Shown here in pieces: positions 1 to 12,307 of a stretch of 64,000 bases of DNA. Numbering within the stretch: the first letter of the stretch is position 1; each line of letters starts with the position of its first letter. The notes beneath the pieces are model-generated. The model ran no database searches, had not been told where the DNA came from, and saw only the letters and a program-made list of their open reading frames with translations. Origin of the DNA: Podarcis muralis (lineage: Eukaryota). Both the position numbers and the translations under genes were made by a program. The stretch spans positions 57,412,001-57,476,000 of the forward strand of contig NC_135655.1 of assembly GCF_964188315.1 (NCBI RefSeq), given 5' to 3'.

Positions 1-700
1 TTCAATAATAATAGTAGTAGTAGCAGTAGTGGGGTAATAATAGCAGCAACTTCGACTATAATGGGGATGGTGCTGTTGGTGGAGATGCTGGCAGCTGCCT
101 CTGCGGAGCAGGAGCCCCTCTCTCGAGCGCGCCCGGAGCTGCCCAGGCAGCAAACCTAAGGCAAGCAGCAGAGGAGACTCCGGGATCCAACGCAGCAGCA
201 GTGACAGCTCGGGAGACGGCGGCGCGGAGCAATCGGCGGCAGCAGCAGCAGCTCCAGCCTCTCTCTGCCCCGGTCGCTCGCAGGAGGAGCGTCGGCGCAG
301 CCAGGATGGGAGGTTAGATCCTAAGGGTTAGCTAGGCGCGCTCGCTTGCAGGAGAGGCATCGTCGCAGGAGCAGCATCCAGCACGCACCAGCCCACCTCT
401 CTCTCTCTCTCTCTCTGGTGCTACAGGAGGAAATCCTGCGAATGTCCTTGGGGAGCGGGAGGGGGGCGGAGGTGCCACTCTGCCGCGGGTAGCGAGCAGG
501 CATTCAGGAGCAGGCAGCCTTTGTGGGGGCAGATCTCGGCGCAGACCAACCCACCGGCGAACTACAAAGGACCCCGGAGCTGCCAATGTCCTCGGCCATC
601 GAAAGGAAAAGCCTCGAGCCCTCCGAGTAAGTGACCTCCTCTCCCTGTCCCCCCCACCACCCCCCAAGTCCCCTCCAGCTTCGCATCTCCAGAGCTAGGG
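1..700 (+). promoter_or_regulatory. GC/CpG-rich LMO2 proximal promoter / 5' UTR region
   Basis: CpG-dense stretch immediately upstream of and spanning the ATG at 586; a (CT)n tract followed by CTACAG forms an acceptor-like site at 425-426. Confidence 0.6.
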
Positions 701-3700
701 CCAACTTTGCCTTGGAATGGAGACGGATTCTGGGCAATCCGTGGGGCTGGATTGTTGTGGGGGGGAGAGAGAATAATGACTATTATTATTATTATTATTA
801 TTATTATGAGCGCTGGCTTAAGAGAAAGTGCCATTTGGAGAGAGACAGAAATAAATACGATGGGGGCTGCACCTTCCTTTCTCCAGGTTACTAGGTGTGT
901 TTCAGGGACCCCGCTCTCCCCATCCCGATCCAGTCCCTGTACCGCGATCACGTTGTGAATACGGATGGACTGTGCAGCAAGGACCAGGCAAGATCTCATT
1001 AAGCTCGCATTAAGCCAACCAGCCTTGCTACTCGCAGGGATGGTAACTGAAACCCAGAGCCACAGGCAAGTTCCCCATTTTGAGTTGGAGGCCAATTACC
1101 AGAGCCACCAGATTTCCTATCCAGCTCCTGCTGAGGGCGGGAGTGGGGAGGGGAGAAAGGAGCGGGCATTTAGGGTCGCAAACGCCTTTGCATCAGGTCC
1201 TTCAGATTAGGTGATGCTGATGAAAGTGGCTTCAGAGGGATAGGGGCCGGGAGACTCCCGTTTTACAAAAGCCCAAGTTTGCCTGCAGTGCCTCTCTTTC
1301 TTCTTTTCTTCCCTGCCCGGCTACACACTGGCTGATTAGACTAGAAAGGTCAAGGTTGTTATCAGATGCGTGTGTGCTGGCGCTCAACTTCCACATTTTC
1401 ATAATGCAAGCCACCAGTTTGAAACTTGGAACAAAATGTCCAGCAAGAGAGTTTCTGTGCATGAGCCACAAGCGAGATCAGAAGAGGGGGGAGTGGTTGC
1501 TGTCACTCACAACCCCAGCCGTAGCTGTTAAAGAAGTAAAAATAAATAAATGTTTAAGTTAGTATAGAATTTGGATTTCCTGGTAGACCTCTTACCATGA
1601 TGATCTTGCTGTACTCTCAAACAAATGCAGATATACATAATTGCAGAGATGATTAATTTGCTGTATCACTAGCACTGCCATTGAACTGGGCTTTTAAAGT
1701 TTACGCACTTACCTGTCCCATTGAACTTGGTGGGACTTACTTCTGAGTAAACAGATGTAGGATTCAAGCTATATGCCTCTATTTAGGGTGGTCATATTTT
1801 ATTTGTCAAGACCACAGTAGCTTTGTGGTATTCTAGCAAGAAAATCTTATTTTAACTTTTAATGTCCCTACTTAATTAAATATATGTGTATATTTATTTC
1901 ATCTGTCAGTTGTTCTCATGAGGTATTAAGAAAAAAACCAGGATGTGATTCTGTGCTTCTGTACAGGCTTAAGGCTGCAATTCTAAGCCTTCTTATCATG
2001 TACCAAGCACCCTTGAATTCAATAGGGGTGTCTTTTGAATAGACATGGTTAGAATTGTACTGTAAGTACCACCAAAATACTGTAAAATGAATCCACATGC
2101 AGAAAACAGTGCATAGGTTTTCGATCAGAGTTGGAAAGCCTTGCAGATCAGTCTGTCTCTCCTTTCCGAAAAATAGGTTATATTAATTTCAGTTGAATTT
2201 ACTCTTATATTAAGTGTGGTAAGAACCAGTTGCTGGCCTCATCCACTTCAGATACTTTTACAGAGACTTATATATCATATGTACCGACTGAAACATTGTG
2301 CATATGTTACAGTTGCTCCATTCCCTATTTCCCCCTGCTATGTTAAAGCTTCTTATTCATATTTTAGGCTGCAGTCCTATATATCCATTTACTTAAGAGT
2401 AATCCTCTGAAAACTCAGTGGAACTTAATTTTTAGTAGACATGTATAGGATTGTGCCGTTAATCTTTCAAAACTGCCAGCAAAGGGGGGGGGGGCTTGAG
2501 ATTCAACTAACACCTATTTTCAGTGTATTGTTACGGCATACAGCATTCCAGAACATAAAGTTTATTATGAACATTTCCTCCTCCCACTATTGTAAAAGTC
2601 CCTCATTGTTTTGGGATAAAAGGACATGAAACTGGTCTTAAAGAACCATTCCAAACTGCACAACAGCTGTGCAAACCAAAACCTTCCTGTACCTGTTTAT
2701 GCAGACTTGTAGGATATCTTGGAGATAGTTTCTGGGTATTGGTTCAGGAACTCCCACACCTCTTTTCTCAATCCTATGCAATTTTAAATATATGGTTGCT
2801 TTCATGACAAGTCATGACAAGTCATGAACAACAACGAAAAAACTCTGTTCTTTCTGACAGAAATTGCTACTGTCTTCACTGACAGCATTCTCCATAAAAG
2901 ACTAGTGTGCTAAAACATCATTTAAAATAGATTTGTGTGCAGAAATAGCAGCTGTGAACAGTGAAATAATTCAGTAGCACACTCACACGGCTATATAGGT
3001 ATGGAATCAGGAGGTGTTTCTTCATAACGGCAAATCAAGAATTAGTATGAAATGCCTTGAGAACTTGATCATCTTTCAAGCTTTACATAGACAAGATTCA
3101 GCCGTATTTATTTTTCAGATAAATGCGACTTGAGGAAGTTTTACTTCTTTGAATAGCGTTTTTGAGGGAGTTGAATCATTTTTCATTATGTTAAATTCTT
3201 CTTTCTTGTGAGATTGCTTTTGAGAGCTTAGCAAGATACAGTCACACAGCTTACTTATTCCTTGAGTGTAACATTTAAGTCCTCTCGCGGCCTTAGAATT
3301 TAGCTGTTATTATTGTGAGCATTTGGGAATCTATTGTACCAGTTGGTAAACAGGGATTAAAGAAAAATCAGGAGCAGGATGGGTGAGAGACAGCCTTCTC
3401 GTCACACAGATTTGGTTGAGAAAGGAGGAAATGCCTGCCTTCAACTGAGAGAATATGGCTACCCAGACTACCTCAGAGGAGTAGAGCCTCAACTGGAAGT
3501 CAGCATCTGACTGTGATCTGGATGGGAAAGTGCCCACTTCTAATTTTTTTAAAGTTGAATATGAGGCTGCCAAATTAGATGGCTGCTGGTGGGCTAAGAT
3601 TTCGTTGAAGACTGGGGCAGTGGAGAGAAGGCTTTTACCTCAGGATTTTACCCAAACTGGATCCAGTCTGGGGTTATGGAGTTGCTGGTGGGAGGTATAT

Positions 3701-6700
3701 GGTAGCAGGAATGGGAACACCTTGGACTTGCCAAGGCCTGCACTGCAGTTATCTCTTGTTGGCAACACTGCGTCACATAACTTTTAAGTGAGAAGTTCCA
3801 CTGGGCCTTTTTACAGACTTAAAGTGGTCTGCACTTAGAAAGACCTATAAGGCCAACGTTGCATCTACTTTGACTAGAATGTACATTTGAATTTAGTTCC
3901 AAACACTTATCCTGCATTATAATCATTCATATGTAGTATAAGTGGTGTCTGTGAGAGAGAGAGACTCAAACGAACTTATTTAGCATAAAAACTGTCCTGG
4001 GCAAAAAGACAAAAGGACGCCGTGAATGTTGTTAATGGTTTGAGCAAGAGGCATAATGTAAGCCAGTAAATCACGTGATTAACTTTGAAAATGTGAGGGT
4101 TTTATTTTTCCTCCGTGGCAATGTTTATGAGCTTAAGGTTAAACATGTGCTAAAATATCTTGCTGTGAGTTGCTGACTAGGCAGGCTGCTGGCGTTTTGC
4201 TGGGAATAATTCTCAACAGCAATTGCAAAATGGGATATCCAGGGAACAAAGAAGCTTTCAGGGAGATAGTACATTCACATTAAGAAATGTCTTTCCCCCT
4301 CTCTCTTATTTTATCCAGTCATTATTTTACCTTGTCCCTGCCCCCGCCCCTAGCCCCAAATAATATTTTTCCCTGGAGTGAAAAGTGCATTACTTCTTGA
4401 GAATACCATGCTACAGTGAATAATTTGGAGCTGAATCTTCCCATATGTATATGGTGCTACTCTTGTTAGCGGTTTTTGAAAAAACAAAACAAAAGATGAC
4501 TATTATTAACAATCAGGACCTGCTGATTCCAACTATCAGTAAGCATTCTATGCCCATTGTTTGGGAAGGTGGTTCCTACAGCCCTAAGTGGTTTTTTTTC
4601 TTGAAGATGCTTTGACTTCTGCAAAGGTTTTCCTGAGGCTGCTGATACCTTCCCCTGATGCATGCATGGTGCCATTTTGATGGCATAAGGACCAAGGCTC
4701 AAAGAGTTTTCTATTTATTCTTTCCTATAAACTAAAGTTAGTACAGGACTGAATAACTCAAAAAAAAAACCCACCCCTATTTCAGTCCACAGACAAATGC
4801 ATATGGGGGAAAGCCTTGAAGATACTTCTGCCCATTGCACCTTTTTAAATATTACAGCTGGACAGTGGACTCTTTTGATGAGCTTATTGGAAGGCATTGC
4901 TATAAGGCAATCAGGTGGGCAAAGCTAATTGTGGGGGCCATTAACACAAAACCATCTCCCACGCTGCGGTCAGGTTCAGGGTGCAGGTATAACATTTGAA
5001 AAGCGCTCTCATTATGTAGGCAGGGGAAAAGATAAATGTCCTTGCTTTAAATTAGCCTTTCCAACCTGGTGCACTCCAATTTTTTTAGGCTACAGTGACT
5101 TTTAAGGAGGTCTTGGGTCTCAATAACAGAGTGGCTCTATCTTGGAATCAGGAACTATTAAGAGTTACTGATATGTATGGACTCCCTTTGGGCATTTAGA
5201 AGGAGGGCCTACAGCAAAATGTTGAAGTATGTCATTGGCCCTAATTGAGGTGTTGTGGTTCAGTGTCCCAGCCAGCTAGTGAAATTATCTTCCAGGATGC
5301 CATAAGGTGGAAAAGTAGGGCATTCCATAACTCTGTTTTCTTTTGGAATTTGCACTCATCATTCTGTGGTGACTGAGCATGCTCATTCCTTGCTGGGCAT
5401 TTTTTAAGGGAATGCCCCATAGATTTTTTTTTAAATTAAATTATGCAAACCTCTGTTTTCCTAAGCACACAAATATCTTATTTCTCTCCATTTTGGCCCC
5501 ACTCCTGTCAACACTCAATACCTATGGGTTCCTATTGGAGGAAGTAGTTAATAACATTCAGTATTCTGAAGCATGGGGCTATATTCATTTTCTAGCCTTC
5601 TCATCTTCATTCGCACATAATATCAACCTCAATGGCTGTCCTAGGGAGGAAGGGTGTAGTATAAATTCAATAAGTAAATAACGAAATAAATATCAGAGAA
5701 AACCTACTGGGGGAAACCCTGTAGTTATCAGGACATGTCCTTGAAAACTCCCCATATCATTTGATGACATGCAGTGCAATTCTGCACATGCTTACTCAGA
5801 AATTAGTCCCGGTATGTTCAGTGGGATTATTCCCAGGTAAGTGTGCAAAGGATTGCAGCCATGGTCCTGGCTCAGCAGTAGATCTGCTAAATGAACACAG
5901 GCAAGGCAACGTACCTCACACTGGTTAAGCTGTGAAATGGGTATAAAAGTTACCAGTCTCACACAGTTGTTGTAAGTTGTTTCTCTATCTCGATGGCTTC
6001 CATGATTATTCTCTTGTGGTGATGTTCCATGTTAGAGAGCAATTTGGAATCTGCAAAACAGGACACGAAAGATAGAGAAACACCCTCACAACATGAACAA
6101 GCGTGACGACACATCCTGCTTGCCAGACATCTGGAAATTAGCCCTCCCCACAAAAACTGACACCAGATCCAGAGGCACACAGAACGCCATCACCAATCAA
6201 TCAACCACACCAGACCCAAACCCAGACCCTCTCCACAGATAAATTACAGACACCATCCAGTAGCCAAACCATGGTGGCACCTCCGGATGCTGCACCCCCC
6301 TGCAATCCCTACACAGATCTGGCTGGCACAGGCCACAAAACCACAGCTCGCCCCTATACACGAAGCCAAGCCAGAGCACAACTAAATGCAGTACAGCCAT
6401 CTTCTCAGAAAAACTCTTCACAAAGTTCAAGAGGTCAAGACACAAAGGCTTTAGCAACTAATCCACACCTAATGACCCACCTAAGTGGTACTCAGGATAT
6501 CACTCAAGAAATCACTCAAGATATCCCTCAAGCAATCAAGGAACAAAAGAAGAAAAGGCACACTAGCCTGGGAACTTCCTCTCTGCCCAGAACATTGGAG
6601 GCTATACACCACACCTCCTCAACAGTATTTATAGGAACTCAAACACTGAGATCCTGCTCTGTTCCAGTAACAAGAAGCCGAAAGCACCAGCCTGAAGATG

Positions 6701-9273
6701 ACGAGTGAGACCTCGTCGAAACGTCGCCTAGACACCCCAACTTTTACACGGGAAGACACCCGAGGACACCAAAACCTGCATATATATATATATATATATA
6801 TATTCATTCCAAGATTTTTCACTGAAATAGGCTAGAATTTACATTAGTATAAATGATATAAATTGAGCTTTCCCTCCATACATTTGCTAGCTATGAGTAA
6901 AGGCAAGAGGTTATGCAGGTCACCAAGTCCATTTACCACTGGGGATCTTACATTATGCAATGCGAGGCTTCTGCAAGCATTTCCTACTTTTCCACATTTA
7001 CCTTTCATTCCTAAGGAACAGAAACTTTATTTTAAAGAGATGAAACTGAGATTCTCAAGATTTTAAACCCTGTACGCAAAACCCTAACCAAACAATAACA
7101 TATGTTAGGAGACTGTATTCTATAGGGGTTGAGTTGTAGGGTTTATTGCTGGGATGAAATTGTGTCTCTTTTACTGTACATTTCTTATTATGAATTGCAT
7201 TTATGTAATTGTTTTACTTTTTGTATTGTATGGATATTATGTCATGTTTGAATATAACATCCATATAATACTGTGTGGTCTTTTGATGAAGGGTAGTACT
7301 GGTATATAAAATTAAAATTAATTTAAATTAACAAGGGGAGAAAAATCAGACTGAAGATTTTCTATTAGACTATGAGTTTGGCTGGATTAGTGTATTCTAA
7401 AGGCTGTCTCTTTCCACCAGGGAGCCAGTGGATGAGGTGCTCCAAATCCCCCCTTCCCTGTTAACATGTGGAGGTTGCCAGCAGAACATTGGGGACCGTT
7501 ACTTCCTGAAAGCCATCGACCAGTACTGGCATGAAGACTGCCTTAGCTGTGACTTATGCGGGTGCAGACTTGGAGAAGTGGGAAGGCGGCTATATTATAA
7601 ACTGGGCAGGAAACTGTGCCGAAGAGACTATCTCAGGTATACCAGCCACCATAACATAACCCACCCTCCCTCCCTCCCTCCCTTCCTTCCTTCCTTCCTT
7701 CCTTCCTTCCTTCCTTCTTTCCTTCCTTCCTTCCTTTTAAAAATGAAGGTAGGTCTACGCTCAAAACTCTAGTGCAAGAACTGGGCTCAGTCTGCACAGA
7801 AGAGGTATAAGATACAGTCGTTGGAAACTGACTAGTCTCAAAGCCAAGTCTGGATAAGCTCCTTGTCAGTTAAAATGAGGAGGCTGGGAGAACTTCAGGC
7901 TGCACAGGGTAGGGCTCACAAGAACCTTCTCCACGAATTGCTGTCCAGTCTTATGCAAGGCTCCACTTTGTAGGATGACTACTGATATTTGAGACACAGT
8001 ATGGCATGGTAAGGGGAAGGGAGGAAGAACTATGCCTACGCCACAGGTAGGCACGTTACCATTCCAAAGGTTTGAAATCAGGCACTTAAACATGTGCTTT
8101 TCCTGAATTGGGTGTAACCTTGGGCTGTAAAGAGATGTAAAACTAGTGTTCATAACTAAGGATGGGGGAGAAAGTCAGTTGCATTCATATTTAAAGCCAA
8201 ATTTATCAAATTCCACACTTTCCGGAACAATATGAGAATTCAAGCACAGCCAATCTTTAAAATTCACACTTCTCCAAATTTTGTGATGCAGTTATTTAAC
8301 CAAAAAATGTGTGCAAAAATGCATACATTAGGGGGAAATGTGCAAAAAAAATGAATATTTAACTGAAAATATAACTGAAAAACATATGTGTGTGTATGTG
8401 TGTGCGCACTATATGAGGAGAAATTGCTTGCAAAAATGTGTGCATACAAAATATGTTTATTAGGAAGAAAATTACTCTAAAATGCCGAATAATTTACATG
8501 AAGATTTTTTTGTAATTAAAAAAAGTCACAAATTGCTGCAGAAATGTGGAAAATTGGAATTAAGATTAAGAAAAATCAGGAACTAAGAGAATTGGAATCG
8601 ATGGATCCTTCCATCACTATTCATAAGACACTATGTACACACAGTTAATTTTTCTTAGGATCCTGTCTGAATTTTCTACTTTTAAAAATAGCATCAACAA
8701 TCCCCCCCCCCCCGTTAGTTGTGAATAAAAGAATAACTATGTTCTTCTACAAATCAAGGATCTTGATTGTTTGCCATCTCTTTTGTACTTCATATGTGTG
8801 ATTCCATGAAGCCATGACGGGGGAGAGAAACACTTTACTTATAGCTGGATGTATTTAGCATCCTCAAAAATTCACAGGGCTGTGTGTGTCAGTGGGCAAT
8901 GGGGAGGAATAAAGTGCTAACCTACCCAATTATCCCACTTCAGAGCTTTTTCTAGTAGCAGTTGTGCTTGAGTAGGACTGCATTTGCGTAAAGTAATAAT
9001 ATGCAGTAAATCACCAGTGTACGTGCAACATCCTGAAAAGAATTCAGCCCTATTTCCACTAGCTGAATATTTTCTCACTGTAATGGCAGAAAATATGGGC
9101 TGTTAAATTAATGCATTTTCTGTGCCTTGTAATTGGATGTGTTCCGTCTTTTCACAGCATAATGTGTTAATTATCTGTGTCTACTAATGAAGAATTTCAT
9201 AGACACAGGCCGTTAAATTGGCTTTGGCATTTCCCACATCTGTAATTCAAATGTAAAAGCTGACATTGCCTGG

Positions 9274-9317
<44 letters not shown>

Positions 9318-10612
9318 AAAACAGTCCCTCTTCCTCTTTTTAATCCACTATCACAAGTGATTCATTCCAAGGTGGTTCTTTAGTGCCACCTTAAAAAAAA
9401 CAAAAAAAAACCACCATATGTAGCAATTGTTACAGTGACTAGGAAGCAATGAACAGTGACATCTCCTGGAAGGCCAGGGAAATGGCGACAGTTTCCTAGG
9501 GAATTGTATTCCAAAAATCAAGCAGTCTGCTTTTTGTATGATGAGCACAGCATTGGAAACTGACAAGCCCTTTCTGAAATGGGTGCGATTGCAAAAAACA
9601 TTGCAAATTTATATTGGCCTCTGATATTCAGTACAATATATCATCATCTACTGGAATATTAAACTAGATTTTTGCAAACTCAGCAGGCGGTAGCCTAAAT
9701 TAATTAATTATCTGGAAGCACATGCTATCAATATGTATCATGCACATTACACTGATAAACCTTTGAAAACATAGCACCATAATGGTAGTCTCTATGGGGG
9801 TGTCTTCGTGAGGCTGCAATATGCTAAAACAGGTTTAGTCATCATGGTGCCTTCCATAAATTGTTGGGTTACAACTGCCATTATCTCTTGACCATGGGCC
9901 ATGCTGGCCAGTTCTGATGCAATTGGTCATCCAACATTATCGGGAGGGTAACATGTTACCTATGCCTGTGCTAAAATAAAGGATCCTATAAAACTTTTGG
10001 ATTTGCACTAGAATTTCTAGCAGTTCACAGAATCTGCTGTAATTCATGTTTATTAAAATGGTTCTATGAACTTCAACATGCTTTTATTAGAACCTACAAA
10101 TGCATCTTGATTGCTTACAAATCCATATTACGACAAAGCCAATATTTCAATCAACAGACTGGGAGAAAATACTAACTGGCAATCATCATGAGAGCATTAG
10201 AATCCTCATTCACCTTTTCCATTACCCTTTCTCCCTTCACAAATTTCTGGGTGTCCTTCTACACAAATCTATTTTGCCTTCACAAAACGCAGCCAAATGA
10301 GCAAGCAACATTCCTTGTACTTTACGCAGTTAGAAATACATTTGATAATCTGACTCCTGAAGGTTCTTGAATTTCTTTCCCCCTCTCTAAAGGCTTTTCG
10401 GCCAAGATGGCCTCTGTGCCTCCTGTGACAAGCGGATCCGGGCCTATGAGATGACGATGCGAGTAAAAGACAAAGTGTACCACCTGGAATGCTTCAAGTG
10501 CGCCGCTTGCCAGAAACACTTTTGTGTCGGTGACAGATACCTTCTCATCAACTCAGACATAGTCTGTGAGCAGGACATCTATGAGTGGACTAAGATCAAT
10601 GGGATGATATAG
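586..10612 (+). CDS. LMO2: LIM domain only 2 (rhombotin-2), spliced CDS: exons 586-626, 7421-7636, 10393-10612; 158 aa
   Basis: Hand-spliced with GT-AG junctions in matching phase. Gives [62 protein letters not shown]...[72 protein letters not shown], two LIM domains, near-identical to human LMO2 as I recall it. 477 nt including stop. Confidence 0.98.
781..807. repeat. (TAT)9 microsatellite
   Basis: Direct reading. Confidence 0.95.
5771..5861. mobile_element. ~90-bp palindromic short interspersed element (MITE-like); degenerate copies at about 1718-1770, 1973-2060, 2365-2458, 12310-12380, 32070-32150, 49690-49770
   Basis: Recurring pattern GCAATCCT...CTTAC...CCCATTGAA...GGGACTTAC...AGGATTG with inverted ends; copies are highly diverged. 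Confidence 0.55.
5978..6780 (+). mobile_element. Penelope-like retroelement remnant (GIY-YIG C-terminus plus 3' tail), 5' part inverted
   Basis: Minus strand 5978-6066 encodes [27 protein letters not shown]. Plus strand from 6071 continues [25 protein letters not shown]. Together these resemble the C-terminal motif of PLE GIY-YIG endonucleases. A hammerhead core lies near the 3' end, followed by (AT)n. Confidence 0.8.
6689..6728 (+). ncRNA. Minimal type I hammerhead ribozyme motif (PLE-associated)
   Basis: CTGAAGA (6692-6698), T, stem II GACGAG/CTCGTC (6700-6705/6712-6717, 6-nt loop), GAAA (6718-6721), CGTC. Stem III is the palindrome ACGT with GUC cleavage triplet. Stem I has only 2 contiguous bp. 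Confidence 0.7.
7664..7735. repeat. (CCCT)n/(CCTT)n microsatellite in LMO2 intron 2
   Basis: Direct reading. Confidence 0.95.
9277..9314. repeat. (GT)n microsatellite (another at about 16659-16691)
   Basis: Direct reading. Confidence 0.95.
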
Positions 10613-12065
10613 CTCACTTGTGCCTCGTGGTCTCCAAATCCATCTCATGGGTGACACAAATACCTAGCTGTGGTGAGGAGATTATCACTCACAACATCTA
10701 TGTGCTTTGTCTAAGGAAAGGGGGGAATACAACAGAATATACAGGCACCTCATCATGTACAATTGCAGATTGGGGACTGGAACAGTAGCAGGCAGGTGGA
10801 TTTCTGTTAGCAGTCATGCTTTGGTGATAAAACTGACATTCTCTGAAGTGATGGTGGAAGCTGGGGAAACAATATAAAATAACAATGGGTTATCTTGACT
10901 GGAAATATAGTAGTGACATGTAAACCGATATTATGGCTTCGACACTTGCAGACTAGGTTGTGCAACAAAATGGGTTTGGGGTATTTTCTTCCTTTCTGTT
11001 TACGCTATTGAGACCATGTTCCCAACATTAATGCAAGATGGGAGAATGTCAGGAGGAGGGGAGGGGAGCGAGGAAAATGGAACTCCCATTCTTTTAAGTT
11101 CTGGAAGTGGAAAGAATGCTTCTTTTTGCATGGAAACCAGTTTTTCCCATTTGAGAATGAAAAGTACAACCTTTGGCTGCAATGCTGCATCAGATGCACC
11201 CTATTTTATACGTTTAAGTACTTGTGAGGTCAGTGGGACTTAATGGCATGTGACTAATGCCAGACTGCAGTCTTCAGTGCTAAGCAATCATTTCAAGAAT
11301 TTAGGATAGGCCTTTCGCTGCCATTGAGTGTGAGAAATATCACCACTCATTTCTATACAAATGTTAATTGAAAAAAATTGTCCAGCTATTTTATTAACTT
11401 AGGCAATATTAATAATTTGTTGTGTGTAGTAAGATCCTGCAGATTTAATTAAAAAAATGACTGGTTTGATATCTGTCCTTATTTTTTATTTCATTACACT
11501 AGTGGCTTTTCCAGCCAATCAGATTTTAGTGCAACAAACACACAACCAACCAACCAACCGTTACTAATTTCTTTTGTTGCAGGGATGCTGAACCACTGAA
11601 TTTGCAATGTTTTGCACATGTTGGTTTTATTGTTTTTATCTTCTGTAAGCCACCCTGAGAAATGCAAGTGTGCTGGAAGGGTATGACATAAATCTAACCA
11701 TCACCATAGAAAATGCTATTTCCCCCCACAGACAGTACATCTGTTGCTTTTGTGACTGCCACATATAAGCAGTGTGATGGTATGAGTGTCAATCAAGTGA
11801 TATGAATGGTAACGAGTGGGCTATTGAATATTACCTGTGATATGATTGGTAATGAGTGGCATAAATTCTCTCTCCTCCGTATTTGTGCTGCTTGAAATTG
11901 TTTGTTGGTTTGTAATAGGTTTCAAAAAGATTTCTAAAATGAGGCAGTCAGTGGAATTACTCCTGCCAATTTGAGGATGAAACCAGGGAGAGTTTGAAAG
12001 ATGATCCTCTCCGCATGCACAGTAACACACTGTTGTTTCAATAACCCTTTCAATGCAACCCGATA

Positions 12066-12307
12066 CAGTGGTACCTTGGGTTAAGTACTTAATTCGTTCC
12101 GGAGGTCCCTTCTTAACCTGAAACTGTTCTTAACCTGAAGCACCACTTTAGCTAATGGGGCCTCCTGCGGCCGCTGCACCGCCGGAGCATGATTTCTGTT
12201 CTCATCCTGAAGCAAAGTTCTTAACCTGAAGCACTATTTCTGGGTTAGCGGAGTCTGTAACCTGAAGCGTATGTAACCTGAAGCGTATGTAACCTGAGGT
12301 AACACTG
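12066..12307 (+). mobile_element. Tc1/mariner (Tigger/pogo-like) MITE, family 1, copy 1
   Basis: TIRs CAGTGGTACC.../...GGTAACACTG, TA on both sides (12064-65, 12308-09), internal (TAACCTGAAGCGTATG) repeats; same element at 33269 and 63399. Confidence 0.9.

Noticed and set aside
30-317. Open frame upstream of LMO2 containing GSNAAAVTARE, faintly like the human long-isoform N-terminus
   Set aside because: No ATG until 306, ends at a stop at 315-317 and is not in frame with ATG 586; similarity too weak.
3331-3787. Overlapping ORFs in LMO2 intron 1; also 7745-8050 and 14000-14600
   Set aside because: Possibly old LINE debris, but I found no diagnostic motif, so they were left unannotated.
6271-6708. 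145-aa ORF ([10 protein letters not shown]...)
   Set aside because: Lies in the low-complexity tail of the Penelope remnant, runs through the hammerhead and has no recognisable domain.
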